Shown piece after piece: positions 17,934 to 27,064 of a stretch of 42,388 bases of DNA. Position numbers and translations under genes: made by a program. Position 1 is the stretch's first letter. Every line of letters starts with the position of its first letter. The DNA is taken from the UHGV virus genome UHGV-1353509; one strand, given 5' to 3'. This DNA is from a virus. The notes under the pieces were generated by a model that worked only from the letters and a program-made list of their open reading frames with translations, searched no databases and was not told where the DNA came from.

Positions 17934-18608
17934 ATGAAAAAATTTGAATTAACCAGTGAATTTGTAACTTTTTTAGGAAAGAAGCTCTTTAGAATCAAGG
18001 CACTTGTAGCGTTTGGTGATGTAGAAGAGGGTGAATTAGGGGGATTTGTAGAAAAGGAAGAGAACCTTGACCAGTCCGGTAACGCTTGGGTATGCGGTAA
18101 CGCTTGTGTATGCGGTAACGCTTGTGTATACGGTAACGCTCGGGTATCCGGTAACGCTTGTGTATGCGGTAACGCTTGTGTATACGGTAACGCTCGGGTA
18201 TCCGGTGACGCTCTGGTATACGGTAACGCTCAGGTATCCGGTGACGCTCTGGTATACGGTAACGCTCAGGTATCCGGTGACGCTCAGGTATCCGGTGACG
18301 CTCAGGTATGCGGTAACGCTCAGGTATCCGGTGACGCTCAGGTATCCGGTAACGCTCGGGTATCCGGTGACGCTTGGGTGCAATGCTGCCGCGATTATTC
18401 TGCTACAAGCTGCTTCGGATCCCAAAATAGGACGACAACATTTTTCCGCGAGAAAGACGGCGGAATCGGCGTGAGATGTGGATGTTTTTACGGAACACTG
18501 GACGAATTTAGGAAAAAGGTGAAAGAACGCCACGGAGACAGCCGATTGGCAAAGGAATATTTGATGTTAGCAGATTTGATGGAGTTTAGATTGTCCAGGG
18601 ATGAGTAG
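17934..18608 (+). CDS. Hexapeptide-repeat protein (17 tandem G-[ND]-A-x-V-x units, predicted beta-helix) with a Cys-rich C-terminal domain
   Basis: RBS AAAGGAGAGAAATG. Unique N- and C-terminal sequence flanks 306 bp of near-perfect 18-bp repeats. Confidence 0.6.
   Translation: MKKFELTSEFVTFLGKKLFRIKALVAFGDVEEGELGGFVEKEENLDQSGNAWVCGNACVCGNACVYGNARVSGNACVCGNACVYGNARVSGDALVYGNAQVSGDALVYGNAQVSGDAQVSGDAQVCGNAQVSGDAQVSGNARVSGDAWVQCCRDYSATSCFGSQNRTTTFFREKDGGIGVRCGCFYGTLDEFRKKVKERHGDSRLAKEYLMLADLMEFRLSRDE
18077..18382 (+). repeat. 17 x 18-bp tandem repeat (consensus GGTAACGCTCAGGTATCC) with nested perfect 54-bp and 36-bp duplications
   Basis: Counted directly in the sequence. All six frames are open through it, which creates spurious ORFs. 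Confidence 0.9.
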
Positions 18609-18619
18609 GAGGATAAGCA

Positions 18620-18835
18620 ATGGATAACAATAAAATTTATGTAAGCGAACAGGAATATGCCCGTCTTTGTAGATTAGATGGGAAGATGGATGCGCTGATT
18701 GGATATATTGCAACGGCTGAAAATGAGTATAAATCAAAAAGAAGCACTGATTTAATCGCATACAACACGGATGACGATAAGTATTTTTTGGATGCAAATG
18801 TTGTGAAAGCAATTATCGGTATGGAGGAAGAATGA
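18620..18835 (+). CDS. Hypothetical protein (71 aa)
   Basis: RBS GAGTAGGAGG. Confidence 0.45.
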   Translation: MDNNKIYVSEQEYARLCRLDGKMDALIGYIATAENEYKSKRSTDLIAYNTDDDKYFLDANVVKAIIGMEEE

Positions 18836-19017
18836 TGTATGTAGGTATCGGACCGGAAAAAGACATGGTAGTAACGGATGACCAAGCATTTGATTACGCA
18901 CTGGAAAGATGTTTGCATGGGACACCGGATGACCAGAAAGAATTTAAAGAAATGCTGGTGGAATGGTTTTACTCCGGGAATTGGGTAAAGGAAGAAAGCG
19001 AGGGAACCTATGCTTAA
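18832..19017 (+). CDS. Hypothetical protein (61 aa)
   Basis: Overlapping start and stop with its neighbours. Confidence 0.4.
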   Translation: MMYVGIGPEKDMVVTDDQAFDYALERCLHGTPDDQKEFKEMLVEWFYSGNWVKEESEGTYA

Positions 19018-19630
19018 AAGCTATGAAGAAATGAGGAAAGTAGATGTAAAACCATACCTCGAAGAAAGAGATGGTATGGACTATTTAAACTGGGCAATGT
19101 GCATTGATTTATTACATAAAAATGGGGCTGAAAATGTTTATTTTACTCCGATTCCAGACCCAGAAACAGGAAGTAGCCTAAGGATGACAAAAGCGGTGTT
19201 TAAAGATAAAAACGGAGTTGAAAATAGATGTTACGAGACCAGAATCCGTGTTGTGATAGATGATCAAGTGTACGAGATGCAAACTCCTGTGATGAATGGG
19301 GCGAACCCTGTAAAAGACAACTCTATGAGCCAGCAAAGAGTCTGGAATAGCATGTGTAGGGCATTTGTAAAGTGCGTGGCAATACATACCGGCTTAGGTT
19401 TCGATTTGTGGCTTAAAGAGGAATATAACAAGATGTATGCTCAAATACCAGAAACAGGAGAAAACAGAGCGTCTGAAGCGAAAATCAAGACACTTAAGAA
19501 TTTATGCGTATCTCACGGTATCAATCTTGAACGATGGTTGAGAGAAAACAATAGGACAGAGCAGACACTTACCGAGATAGAAGCTGCAACAATGCTAAGT
19601 ACAATAAAAAATAAATACGGTGATGATTGA
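19010..19630 (+). CDS. Single-strand annealing protein, Rad52/Sak-like (DUF1071-type)
   Basis: ...GMDYLNWAMCIDLL... and C-terminal ...RAFVKCVAIHTGLGFDLW resemble the RecT/Rad52-like GLG-LY core. By pattern only. Confidence 0.45.
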   Translation: MLKSYEEMRKVDVKPYLEERDGMDYLNWAMCIDLLHKNGAENVYFTPIPDPETGSSLRMTKAVFKDKNGVENRCYETRIRVVIDDQVYEMQTPVMNGANPVKDNSMSQQRVWNSMCRAFVKCVAIHTGLGFDLWLKEEYNKMYAQIPETGENRASEAKIKTLKNLCVSHGINLERWLRENNRTEQTLTEIEAATMLSTIKNKYGDD

Positions 19631-20169
19631 TGAAATTTACAGGAAGATTAAAAGGTCGTTTGATAGATTGCCACACCATCCTATTCGAATCCGTAGAGGA
19701 CTTCCGACAAGCCTACGATGAACTGAAAGATTATGAGAAATTAACGCTTGAAATAAAGCCGTACAGAGCGAAGAGAAGCCTTGACGCGAACTCTTATTTG
19801 TGGGTGTTACTCGATAAATTAGCGGAAAAGTTGGACATCACCAGGTGGCAAGCGTACCTAAATGAATTAAAATCCCACGGCGCTTTCGAGTATATACCAC
19901 TCCGAGAAAAAGACATCTATCTGGCACAGTCAGTGTTCCGGATTGTGATAGATCGTGGAGCACAGGAAGTAAAAGACCTAAAAGGGAGAGCTGAAACATT
20001 ACACACTCTGCAATGCTACAAAGGGTCAAGCAAGTATAACACCAAGGAAATGAGCAGACTCATCAAAGGTGTGTTGGAAGATTGCAGAGAGATTGGAATA
20101 CCAGATGCAGACCTTCTGACTCCGGATGAAAAAGAAGAGCTTAGACAGAAATGTGGGATTGAACTGTGA
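19627..20169 (+). CDS. NinB/Orf-family recombination mediator
   Basis: RSLDANSYLWVLLDKLAE parallels lambda Orf RSLDQNRKLWACLGDVS. Confidence 0.6.
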   Translation: MMKFTGRLKGRLIDCHTILFESVEDFRQAYDELKDYEKLTLEIKPYRAKRSLDANSYLWVLLDKLAEKLDITRWQAYLNELKSHGAFEYIPLREKDIYLAQSVFRIVIDRGAQEVKDLKGRAETLHTLQCYKGSSKYNTKEMSRLIKGVLEDCREIGIPDADLLTPDEKEELRQKCGIEL

Positions 20170-20546
20170 GTATTGATTACAGTGACATGGCATTCCCAAA
20201 GCCGAAGCGAAAGAAAAAGAAAAAAGGTCATCAAAGAGCATCCGTCAGACCAAAGAAGCTGTGGAGCATATTTACAGAAGATATGGATCACTGCATGCAC
20301 ACCGGAGCTTACGGAGTGGAGAGGCATCATGTTTTTAGTCACACATCGAAAGAAATTGAACTTTCGGAGGACTACGGCTTCATTGCCCCGTTGAGACCAG
20401 ACCTGCATCCAAACGGAACGAAAGCGGGGAAGAATGCAGCGAAAGTTGACAGAGACTTAAGAAAACGCTGCAAGGAATATTATTTGCAGCACTACGGAAC
20501 AGAAGAACAGTTCCGGCAAGAATTTCACTATGTTAGTAAGGGTTAA
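20166..20546 (+). CDS. Hypothetical basic protein (PKPKRKKKKKG N-terminus; His-rich). A NinG/Rap-like or HNH-like function is possible
   Basis: Its position between NinB and RusA mirrors lambdoid nin regions. Weak motif evidence only. Confidence 0.3.
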   Translation: MSIDYSDMAFPKPKRKKKKKGHQRASVRPKKLWSIFTEDMDHCMHTGAYGVERHHVFSHTSKEIELSEDYGFIAPLRPDLHPNGTKAGKNAAKVDRDLRKRCKEYYLQHYGTEEQFRQEFHYVSKG

Positions 20547-20656
20547 ACCTTTGCTATAAATTGTAACCCGTTCATGGCTGCACAGTACGTCACAAATACC
20601 TTAAGTAAGCCAGATTCATTGTCTCCCGGTAACTCCGGGAGCAGAAAGGAGAACGA

Positions 20657-21067
20657 ATGATAATTACAATTCCGGGAAAACCCGTTGGAAAAGCAAGACC
20701 GAAATTCCGCAGAGCAGGATTTAAGGTCATTACATACACGCCGCCCGCAACCAAGAAATATGAAAAGGAAGTTGCGAGGATTTATAAACAAAGCGCAGGT
20801 GTTCTTTATACAGAGATACCTCTGAGAGTTCGAATTTTAGCGAAATTTCCGATTCCAGAGAGCTGGTCTAAGAAGAATAAGGAGAAAGCATTAAAAGGAG
20901 AAATAAAGCCGAATAAGAAGCCAGACTTAGATAATATCGCAAAAATCATTCTGGATGGACTGAACGGAGTCGCATACACCGATGATAAGCAGGTGACCAG
21001 TTTGGAAATTGAAAAGGTATATTCGGACACGCCTTGCGTGGTGGTCTATATTGCGGAGGATGAGTGA
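20657..21067 (+). CDS. rusA: RusA Holliday-junction resolvase
   Basis: KPDLDNIAKIILDGLNGVAYTDDKQV is the RusA signature. Confidence 0.8.
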   Translation: MIITIPGKPVGKARPKFRRAGFKVITYTPPATKKYEKEVARIYKQSAGVLYTEIPLRVRILAKFPIPESWSKKNKEKALKGEIKPNKKPDLDNIAKIILDGLNGVAYTDDKQVTSLEIEKVYSDTPCVVVYIAEDE

Positions 21068-21954
21068 TGGCAGAGGTAAAGTGGATTAAGATAGCAACAG
21101 ACATATTTGACGATGAGAAGATATTGTTGATAGAGAGTTTGCCTGACGCTTACGCAATTATAACAGTCTGGTTCAAGTTGCTATGTCTTGCTGGGAAAAA
21201 GAATAACGGTGGTGTATTCCTGATGAATGACAAGATTCCCTACACAAACAATATGCTGTCGACAATCTTTAGAATGAATGAATCCACCGTAAAGTTGGCT
21301 TTGAATGCGTTTGAGCAATTTAAAATGATTGAGATAGTGGAGGGAATAATCACGATCCCGAACTGGAACAAGCACCAGACATTGGATGCTTATGAACGGA
21401 AAAAAGAGCGTGACAGGCTGTACCAAGAGGAAAGAAGAGCCAAACAAAGAGCTTTGATTGAAAAATCGTCTGACAAGTCGTCTGAAAGAACGTCTGACGT
21501 CGCTGTTTCAGATATAGATAAAGAAGAAGATAAAGAAAAAGATAATAATATATATTATGTCCCGTACAAAGAGATCATATCTTACCTAAATGAAAAGACA
21601 GGTAAGAAACTAAGATGGAATGTTAAGAGCAACCAAAGGGAAATAAAAGCCAGATTCAATGAAGGATACACTCTGGACGATTTCAAGACGGTTATCGATA
21701 AAAAATATCATGAGTGGGGAAAAGAGCCGACAGAAGAGGAAAAGAAGCGCGGAGTTAAGGATATGAGGATATATCTAAGACCAAAAACCCTGTTTGGCGG
21801 CAATTTTGATGCTTATCTCAATCAAGAGCAGATGGAAGAGAAAGAACCGACAAAACCAAAATCAAAACCGCCAGTAAGCAGAAATCTAAACAACTTTGAT
21901 CGCAGAGAATACGACATGGACTCTCTGGAAGAACAACTACTGAACTCGAATTAA
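21064..21954 (+). CDS. Phage replisome organiser (N-terminal TIGR01714-like domain plus conserved phage C-terminal domain)
   Basis: KWIKIATDIFDDEKILLIESLPDAYAIITVWFKLLCLAGK and C-terminal YVPYKEIISYLNEKTGKKLRWN...YLRPKTLFGGNFDAYLNQ. Confidence 0.75.
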   Translation: MMAEVKWIKIATDIFDDEKILLIESLPDAYAIITVWFKLLCLAGKKNNGGVFLMNDKIPYTNNMLSTIFRMNESTVKLALNAFEQFKMIEIVEGIITIPNWNKHQTLDAYERKKERDRLYQEERRAKQRALIEKSSDKSSERTSDVAVSDIDKEEDKEKDNNIYYVPYKEIISYLNEKTGKKLRWNVKSNQREIKARFNEGYTLDDFKTVIDKKYHEWGKEPTEEEKKRGVKDMRIYLRPKTLFGGNFDAYLNQEQMEEKEPTKPKSKPPVSRNLNNFDRREYDMDSLEEQLLNSN

Positions 21955-21963
21955 GGAGGAATT

Positions 21964-22551
21964 ATGGAACCGAAGAAAGTAACAATAAATTACGCTCTGC
22001 TCTGCAAGGAACTAGAAAAGCAGAGCAAGACGAAAGAAAAATTCTCGGCAGAACTCGGGAGAAGCAAGTCTTTTGTCTGTAATATGGCGAAGAACCCGGA
22101 ACAGACAGAAGATTTTGAAAGAACCATGTGTTTACTTCTCGGACTTGAACCGGGAAGTCTGGTGAAAGAGCCAGAAAAGAAGGGGATGACTGCAGCACAG
22201 GCACTTACAGTCATCCGGGATGAGATTTTAGAGAATCGCAGAATCATGCAAGAAAATTTTGAAAAGATCTGGAATAAGATGAACACCAACACCGTCCAAC
22301 TGGAAAAGATCAAGGACAAGGTCAATATGATGTCAAAGACCGACTACGACAAAGCATTAGAGTGGCTGCAAGACAAAATGGAAGGTGGACGCTATGACGG
22401 GGCGAAACTTCTTATGGAGTCAGAAGCGGCAGGAATTAAAAGGTCTGACATCATGAAAGCAAAGGCAGAACTTGGCGTGAGAATCCAGACTACAGGGTAC
22501 GGAAAGAACACAAAAGCATGGTGGAGTTTGAAGGAGGAGAACCATGGATAG
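21964..22551 (+). CDS. Hypothetical protein with an N-terminal HTH-like segment (195 aa)
   Basis: ORF with RBS. Confidence 0.5.
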   Translation: MEPKKVTINYALLCKELEKQSKTKEKFSAELGRSKSFVCNMAKNPEQTEDFERTMCLLLGLEPGSLVKEPEKKGMTAAQALTVIRDEILENRRIMQENFEKIWNKMNTNTVQLEKIKDKVNMMSKTDYDKALEWLQDKMEGGRYDGAKLLMESEAAGIKRSDIMKAKAELGVRIQTTGYGKNTKAWWSLKEENHG

Positions 22552-22672
22552 AGGGAAATATAGCTTTAGCGGCAGAATGAAGCAGTCAGCCGGATTTAAA
22601 CCGGGTAACATGGCAGCATATATGTACGGCAGTACCAAGCGCAAGAGAAAGAAGAAGGTGAGAGGAAAATGA
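22544..22672 (+). CDS. Small basic protein (42 aa)
   Basis: RBS AAGGAGGAG. ATGA overlap with the next gene. Confidence 0.35.
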   Translation: MDRGKYSFSGRMKQSAGFKPGNMAAYMYGSTKRKRKKKVRGK

Positions 22673-22935
22673 GTAGACCAGTGCACTTTCTGGATCCGTA
22701 CCGGTTCCAAGTTGAAGAGATGGCGAAACTCGGATGCACGGATGAGCATATCCATAAAGTTTTGCATGACATTCAGAAAGTGGAATTTGCGAGAGATGAT
22801 CTTATCCGGTACATGGATGAAAACGGGATTCGAAAGAGGAAATCAGCCAAAAGATGGACGCGGAGCAAAGCAATTGAGTGGGGAGAGCTTTGCAAGCAGT
22901 TGCGAGGGAATAAGAAGAAAATAAGAGAAAAATAG
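22669..22935 (+). CDS. Hypothetical protein (88 aa)
   Basis: ORF only. Confidence 0.45.
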   Translation: MSRPVHFLDPYRFQVEEMAKLGCTDEHIHKVLHDIQKVEFARDDLIRYMDENGIRKRKSAKRWTRSKAIEWGELCKQLRGNKKKIREK

Positions 22936-22985
22936 AAAGGAGCCAGCCTCCGGCCGGGGCAAGGGTATACCGGGCTTCTGAGAAA

Positions 22986-23870
22986 ATGGATAAAGAGAAA
23001 AAAGCAATCGAAAGAATTAAAATGGCAAGTGAAATGAGTCTACATCACTATGGTAGACCGCTTGTTTGTACGTATAGCGGCGGCAAGGATAGTGATGTGA
23101 TGTTAGAGATTTTTAAGCGATCCGGAATCCCGTTTGAAGTGCATAACAGCCATACAACGGCAGACGCGCCTCAAACAGTTCGGCATATCCGGAAAGTATT
23201 CAGAGAACTGGAACTGCATGGAATTAAATGTGAAATAGAAAAACCACGTTATAAAGGGAAATTGATTAGCATGTGGAGCTTAATTCCAGAGAAACTTATG
23301 CCACCGACAAGAATCGTAAGATACTGTTGCTCTGTGCTGAAAGAAACTGGATGTGCAAACCGGTATATCGCAACCGGAGTAAGATGGGACGAAAGTGCTT
23401 CAAGAATGAAAAGAGAAGAATTTGAAAAACTTGGACGAACCAGAAAGGAGCAAGAAAAATTCACAAAGATAATGCTGATGAATGACAACAATTCGCAAAG
23501 AAGAATGAGCGAATTGTGCATGCAGCAAAATAAGATGATTGTAAATCCTATTATAGATTGGACGCATAGCGATATCTGGGAATATATAAATTCCGAGAAA
23601 ATAGAGACGTGCGAACTGTACCAGTGCGGATACGATCGTGTTGGATGCATTGGGTGCGCGCTGGCAGGAAAAAAACGATACAAAGAATTTGCAGATTTCC
23701 CGGAATACAAGAAACTGTATATCCACGCATTTGCCAGAATGTTGGAAGAACGTAAAAGACGTGGAAAAGAATGTAAATGGAAGTCAGGAGAAGAAGTATT
23801 TCTATGGTGGATGGAAGACGAGAACGTGCCGGGACAGATGAGCATAGAAGTTTTTATTACGGAGGAATGA
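22986..23870 (+). CDS. Phosphoadenosine-phosphosulfate (PAPS) reductase-family protein with a C-terminal 4-Cys cluster
   Basis: PP-loop SGGKDS near the N-terminus. CxxxxxC...CxxC (CELYQCGYDRVGCIGC). Confidence 0.75.
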   Translation: MDKEKKAIERIKMASEMSLHHYGRPLVCTYSGGKDSDVMLEIFKRSGIPFEVHNSHTTADAPQTVRHIRKVFRELELHGIKCEIEKPRYKGKLISMWSLIPEKLMPPTRIVRYCCSVLKETGCANRYIATGVRWDESASRMKREEFEKLGRTRKEQEKFTKIMLMNDNNSQRRMSELCMQQNKMIVNPIIDWTHSDIWEYINSEKIETCELYQCGYDRVGCIGCALAGKKRYKEFADFPEYKKLYIHAFARMLEERKRRGKECKWKSGEEVFLWWMEDENVPGQMSIEVFITEE

Positions 23871-24048
23871 CTAATGCCAAAAGTGAAAGAAACACGCTTG
23901 TGAAAAGGCGACACGATTAAATGCGCTGATGCAGAGGATTGCGTGAGGACAATGAATGAGTTGGCGGTCTGCGGGATAGAGACAGATTTTCTCTACGAAA
24001 AAGATGGAGAGAGTGGTTTGTGGTTGGAAATAACGGGAGGAAAATTAG

Positions 24049-24363
24049 ATGGATGAGAAGAAAGTTAGAGAAGCGATAGGAAGGCTTCAAGTTGGGATTA
24101 ATGCGAAAAGAGAAATGATAAAGCATAATAAAGCATTTTTCCAGAAACAAGATAACAGTTATTTGGAAAGTGATATTGAGGTTTATTGCGCAGCAATCGA
24201 AGCGCTGGAAAAGCAGTTGCCGAAAAAACCGGACATAATGGACTACATACTTGGTGACATTAACTTTAAATGCCCTACGTGCAAAAGTGAATATATTTGC
24301 GAAAAAGGATATGAACATTTTTATTGCCCGAATTGCGGTCAGAAAATTAAATGGAGTGAGTAA
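24049..24363 (+). CDS. Zinc-ribbon protein (104 aa; CPTC...CPNC)
   Basis: ORF with an RBS-like GGAGG. Confidence 0.5.
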   Translation: MDEKKVREAIGRLQVGINAKREMIKHNKAFFQKQDNSYLESDIEVYCAAIEALEKQLPKKPDIMDYILGDINFKCPTCKSEYICEKGYEHFYCPNCGQKIKWSE

Positions 24364-24365
24364 CA

Positions 24366-24539
24366 TGGAAGAAATTAGAGTCGGAGACATAGTGATGTGC
24401 GTTGAATATCCAGGCAATCCATGCGGAATAGTGGTTAAACAGTATCGTCCGACAGCATGCGGACAGCAGACAATGATTAAATGCAATGACGGGCGGTTAT
24501 TCCACGCACCAACAAGTGATTTTAGAAAGATAAGGTAAT
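24366..24539 (+). CDS. Small protein (57 aa)
   Basis: ORF immediately after the previous stop. Confidence 0.35.
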
Positions 24540-24709
24540 TGGAAGGAGCGATGAATAATCATGATGGGAAGATGTAAATTAACAAGTATATGCGGATGTG
24601 ATCGTTGTTGCATAGAGTGCCCGGAAAATGAAGTGTGCAAAGACCAGTGCGCAAGAATGGACATGTATGAGTATTGTGTGGAGTGTCCGGAGTATGGGGA
24701 GGTGGAGCA

Positions 24710-24883
24710 ATGATTTTATTTTGCCCTGATTTAACGGGAAAAGAAGAGATAAAAGCAATGCTTATTGGCAACGGCGATTTTGTTAGACCAGTATTAAATC
24801 CATGCATTAAAGAGAAATGTGTAGCGTACAAGGATGGAAAGTGCATGAAATACGATAATGAAGTGGAGGCAAAAGATGAATAG
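24710..24883 (+). CDS. Small Cys-containing protein (57 aa)
   Basis: ORF. A Cys-rich micro-ORF at 24561-24713 may precede it. Confidence 0.35.
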   Translation: MILFCPDLTGKEEIKAMLIGNGDFVRPVLNPCIKEKCVAYKDGKCMKYDNEVEAKDE

Positions 24884-25328
24884 AGAAATCCTTTTTAAAG
24901 CGAAGAGAATAGATAATGGTGGATGGGTAGAAGGATATTATATTTATCACATAAAACGAACAATATGTCCAATTGGAGATAGTGTTAAACCAGAAGATGA
25001 ACAGCATGTTATTATGCAAGACGGTTTCTCTGATTGGAATATGCCGAGGGATACAGTAGTGTACGAAATCGACCCTGATACCCTCTGCCAGTACACAGGA
25101 CTTACCGACAAGAACGGTAAGAAGATTTGGGAGAATGATATTCTTAGAAGAGATGGATACTGGGACATAATAATTGAATTTGAAAATGGTGTATTCATGG
25201 TTAGAAACACTGACAAAGTACAGTATATTAATCGTGTTGTATACACGCCTATTAGTATATTTGATATAAACGTGTATGAAGTAATCGGAAACATTTTTGA
25301 TAATCCAGAGCTGTTGGAGGTGGAGTGA
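24876..25328 (+). CDS. YopX-family phage protein
   Basis: EGYY..., QYTGLTDKNGKKIWENDIL and YEVIGNIFDNPELLE are the YopX pattern. Start at the ATG with SD GTGGAGG. Confidence 0.75.
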   Translation: MNREILFKAKRIDNGGWVEGYYIYHIKRTICPIGDSVKPEDEQHVIMQDGFSDWNMPRDTVVYEIDPDTLCQYTGLTDKNGKKIWENDILRRDGYWDIIIEFENGVFMVRNTDKVQYINRVVYTPISIFDINVYEVIGNIFDNPELLEVE

Positions 25329-25479
25329 TGAAAAAGTATGATATTTTAATTGCGAAATTGTATGCGTGCTGTGGAAATCAAGAAGAGTTTCCACGTGAGC
25401 CGATTACAGTTGATAATGATAGAATGAGCGAGTTATTGGAAGGTGTATTTATGGAAGAGGGATTATTGGAGATGAAGTG
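25327..25479 (+). CDS. Small protein (50 aa)
   Basis: ORF only. Confidence 0.3.
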
Positions 25480-25630
25480 ATGAAAACAATAATTTACACA
25501 GTAGACGACGAAGAACCAAAGAAAATGACCGTGGAAGAAATGCGGAAGAAGCTGGAAGAGTTGACCGGAGAGCAGATCGAGGTGACGGCATGACCAGAGA
25601 GACCATGAAGCGCAGAAAGGAAAAGAGAAA

Positions 25631-26074
25631 ATGCTAATTGAAGATAAAGTACAGATAGAAGCAGTGAAAACAAGATCGTATATGATGGGCGAGATAGACG
25701 GAAAAGTGATGATTACGCAAGGTAGATATATTGTATTTGTGAAGAAAGAAGATTTCTTGCTCGACATAGATAAGCAGAAGAAATTGCCAGAAGATGGGGT
25801 GAAACATTTTTCCACAGAAAATATTCAGATCCAAATGAGGGCGGCCAAGTTGTCAAACAGAATGCTTACAACTGGCAAAAGCATTTTGAGAGCAATAAGA
25901 GACGAGGAAACTGGAGAGTATGCTTGGTTTGACAATAAATATTTAAAAATGTTCGACGGATGTACGCCAAATCTTATTAAATACCCCGGAAACTCTGAAT
26001 ATTACGATGCCGTGTTTACACGCTACGGAGAAATAATAGGCATCATACTTCCTGTGAGGGTGAGTGAATGGTGA
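25631..26074 (+). CDS. Hypothetical phage protein (147 aa)
   Basis: RBS GAAAGGAAAAGAG. Confidence 0.5.
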   Translation: MLIEDKVQIEAVKTRSYMMGEIDGKVMITQGRYIVFVKKEDFLLDIDKQKKLPEDGVKHFSTENIQIQMRAAKLSNRMLTTGKSILRAIRDEETGEYAWFDNKYLKMFDGCTPNLIKYPGNSEYYDAVFTRYGEIIGIILPVRVSEW

Positions 26075-26110
26075 TAATAAGCTAGATGCAGAAAGGAGAC
26101 AGCGGACATC

Positions 26111-26320
26111 ATGCAGAAAATAGAAGCATACACTATGGCAACGAGAAAGCCCTGTGAGACCGCTTTAAAGCAACAGTGGCATGAACCATTTAAGTGCGAC
26201 TTTAAAAGCCGTGAGATGGCGAATAAGGACGCTGTGGAGTACATAGCAGAGAAATACAACATAAAAGATCCTGTTCCGGGAGGTGATAGAGTTGGACAAG
26301 AAAACACTGAAAAAGTATAA
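26111..26320 (+). CDS. Hypothetical protein (69 aa)
   Basis: ORF only. Confidence 0.4.
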   Translation: MQKIEAYTMATRKPCETALKQQWHEPFKCDFKSREMANKDAVEYIAEKYNIKDPVPGGDRVGQENTEKV

Positions 26321-26705
26321 GCCAAACAAAGATAGACTTATCCGGATTGAGAACCAGATACAAGAACTCTGTGAACGGGAATCGACTGTTGTCATGGGGA
26401 AGGTAACGGGATCCAGCGCAGATTTTCCGTACACCGAAGTGAGAACATCTGTACAAATGTATGACCCTTACGAAGAAGAGAATGTAAGACGTCAGATCAG
26501 AAGAAAAGAAGCAGACAGGCTGCGGATTCTGAAAGAGCAAAAAGAAGTAGAGGACTACATAAATGGGATTGATGATCCGGAGATTAAGGAGATATTCGAG
26601 TTGCACTATCTTGAGGGGAAAACCCAGCAAAAAGTCGCAGATGAAATTGGATATACCCAGGCGCGAGTATCGCAGATTATAAGCGGACAGCTTAAAGATT
26701 TATAG
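26283..26705 (+). CDS. Late-gene transcriptional activator, ArpU/RinA-like, with a sigma-70 region-4 HTH. Start is uncertain (GTG 26283 or TTG 26292)
   Basis: C-terminal ELHYLEGKTQQKVADEIGYTQARVSQI is a region-4-type HTH. Last early gene before terS. Confidence 0.6.
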   Translation: MIELDKKTLKKYKPNKDRLIRIENQIQELCERESTVVMGKVTGSSADFPYTEVRTSVQMYDPYEEENVRRQIRRKEADRLRILKEQKEVEDYINGIDDPEIKEIFELHYLEGKTQQKVADEIGYTQARVSQIISGQLKDL

Positions 26706-27064
26706 CATTTATATTTTACTTATGCTATAATTATTCTAGAACGATTGTATATTGTTCTAAAACAATCTTTCCAAACATTCGGAATACCGCTGGACTTTAC
26801 CCTTTCTCGTCTGGCGGTGTTTTTATGCCGTGGTCAGTTGGGACAAGCAGGTTCGACCCCTGCACACGGCTTTGTGATGTAAGGTTTGCGGCTTACCAGC
26901 TGGGGGTTGCTGTGGGAGTGCACACCGGCTTTGCGTCACAAATGGTACCAAAACGCAGGTATCCGCAGATCTGCAAAACAAACAAAAATAGATTCAGAAA
27001 TCTATATTTAGTGTCAGTACCCGAGTGCGGATAGGGTAAAGGGTGTCAATAAAAGGCATCCTGA

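Noticed and set aside
18077-18382. Possible CRISPR array
   Set aside because: Units are contiguous with no spacers, and they are in-frame coding hexapeptide repeats.
18036-18533. Minus-strand (SVTGYL)n ORF and +2-frame (VTLVYA)n ORF through the 18-bp repeat
   Set aside because: Repeat-induced open frames. Only the + frame has an RBS and unique termini.
23249-23914. 221-aa minus-strand ORF
   Set aside because: Antisense to the PAPS-reductase gene, with no RBS and a Ser/Phe-rich low-complexity sequence.
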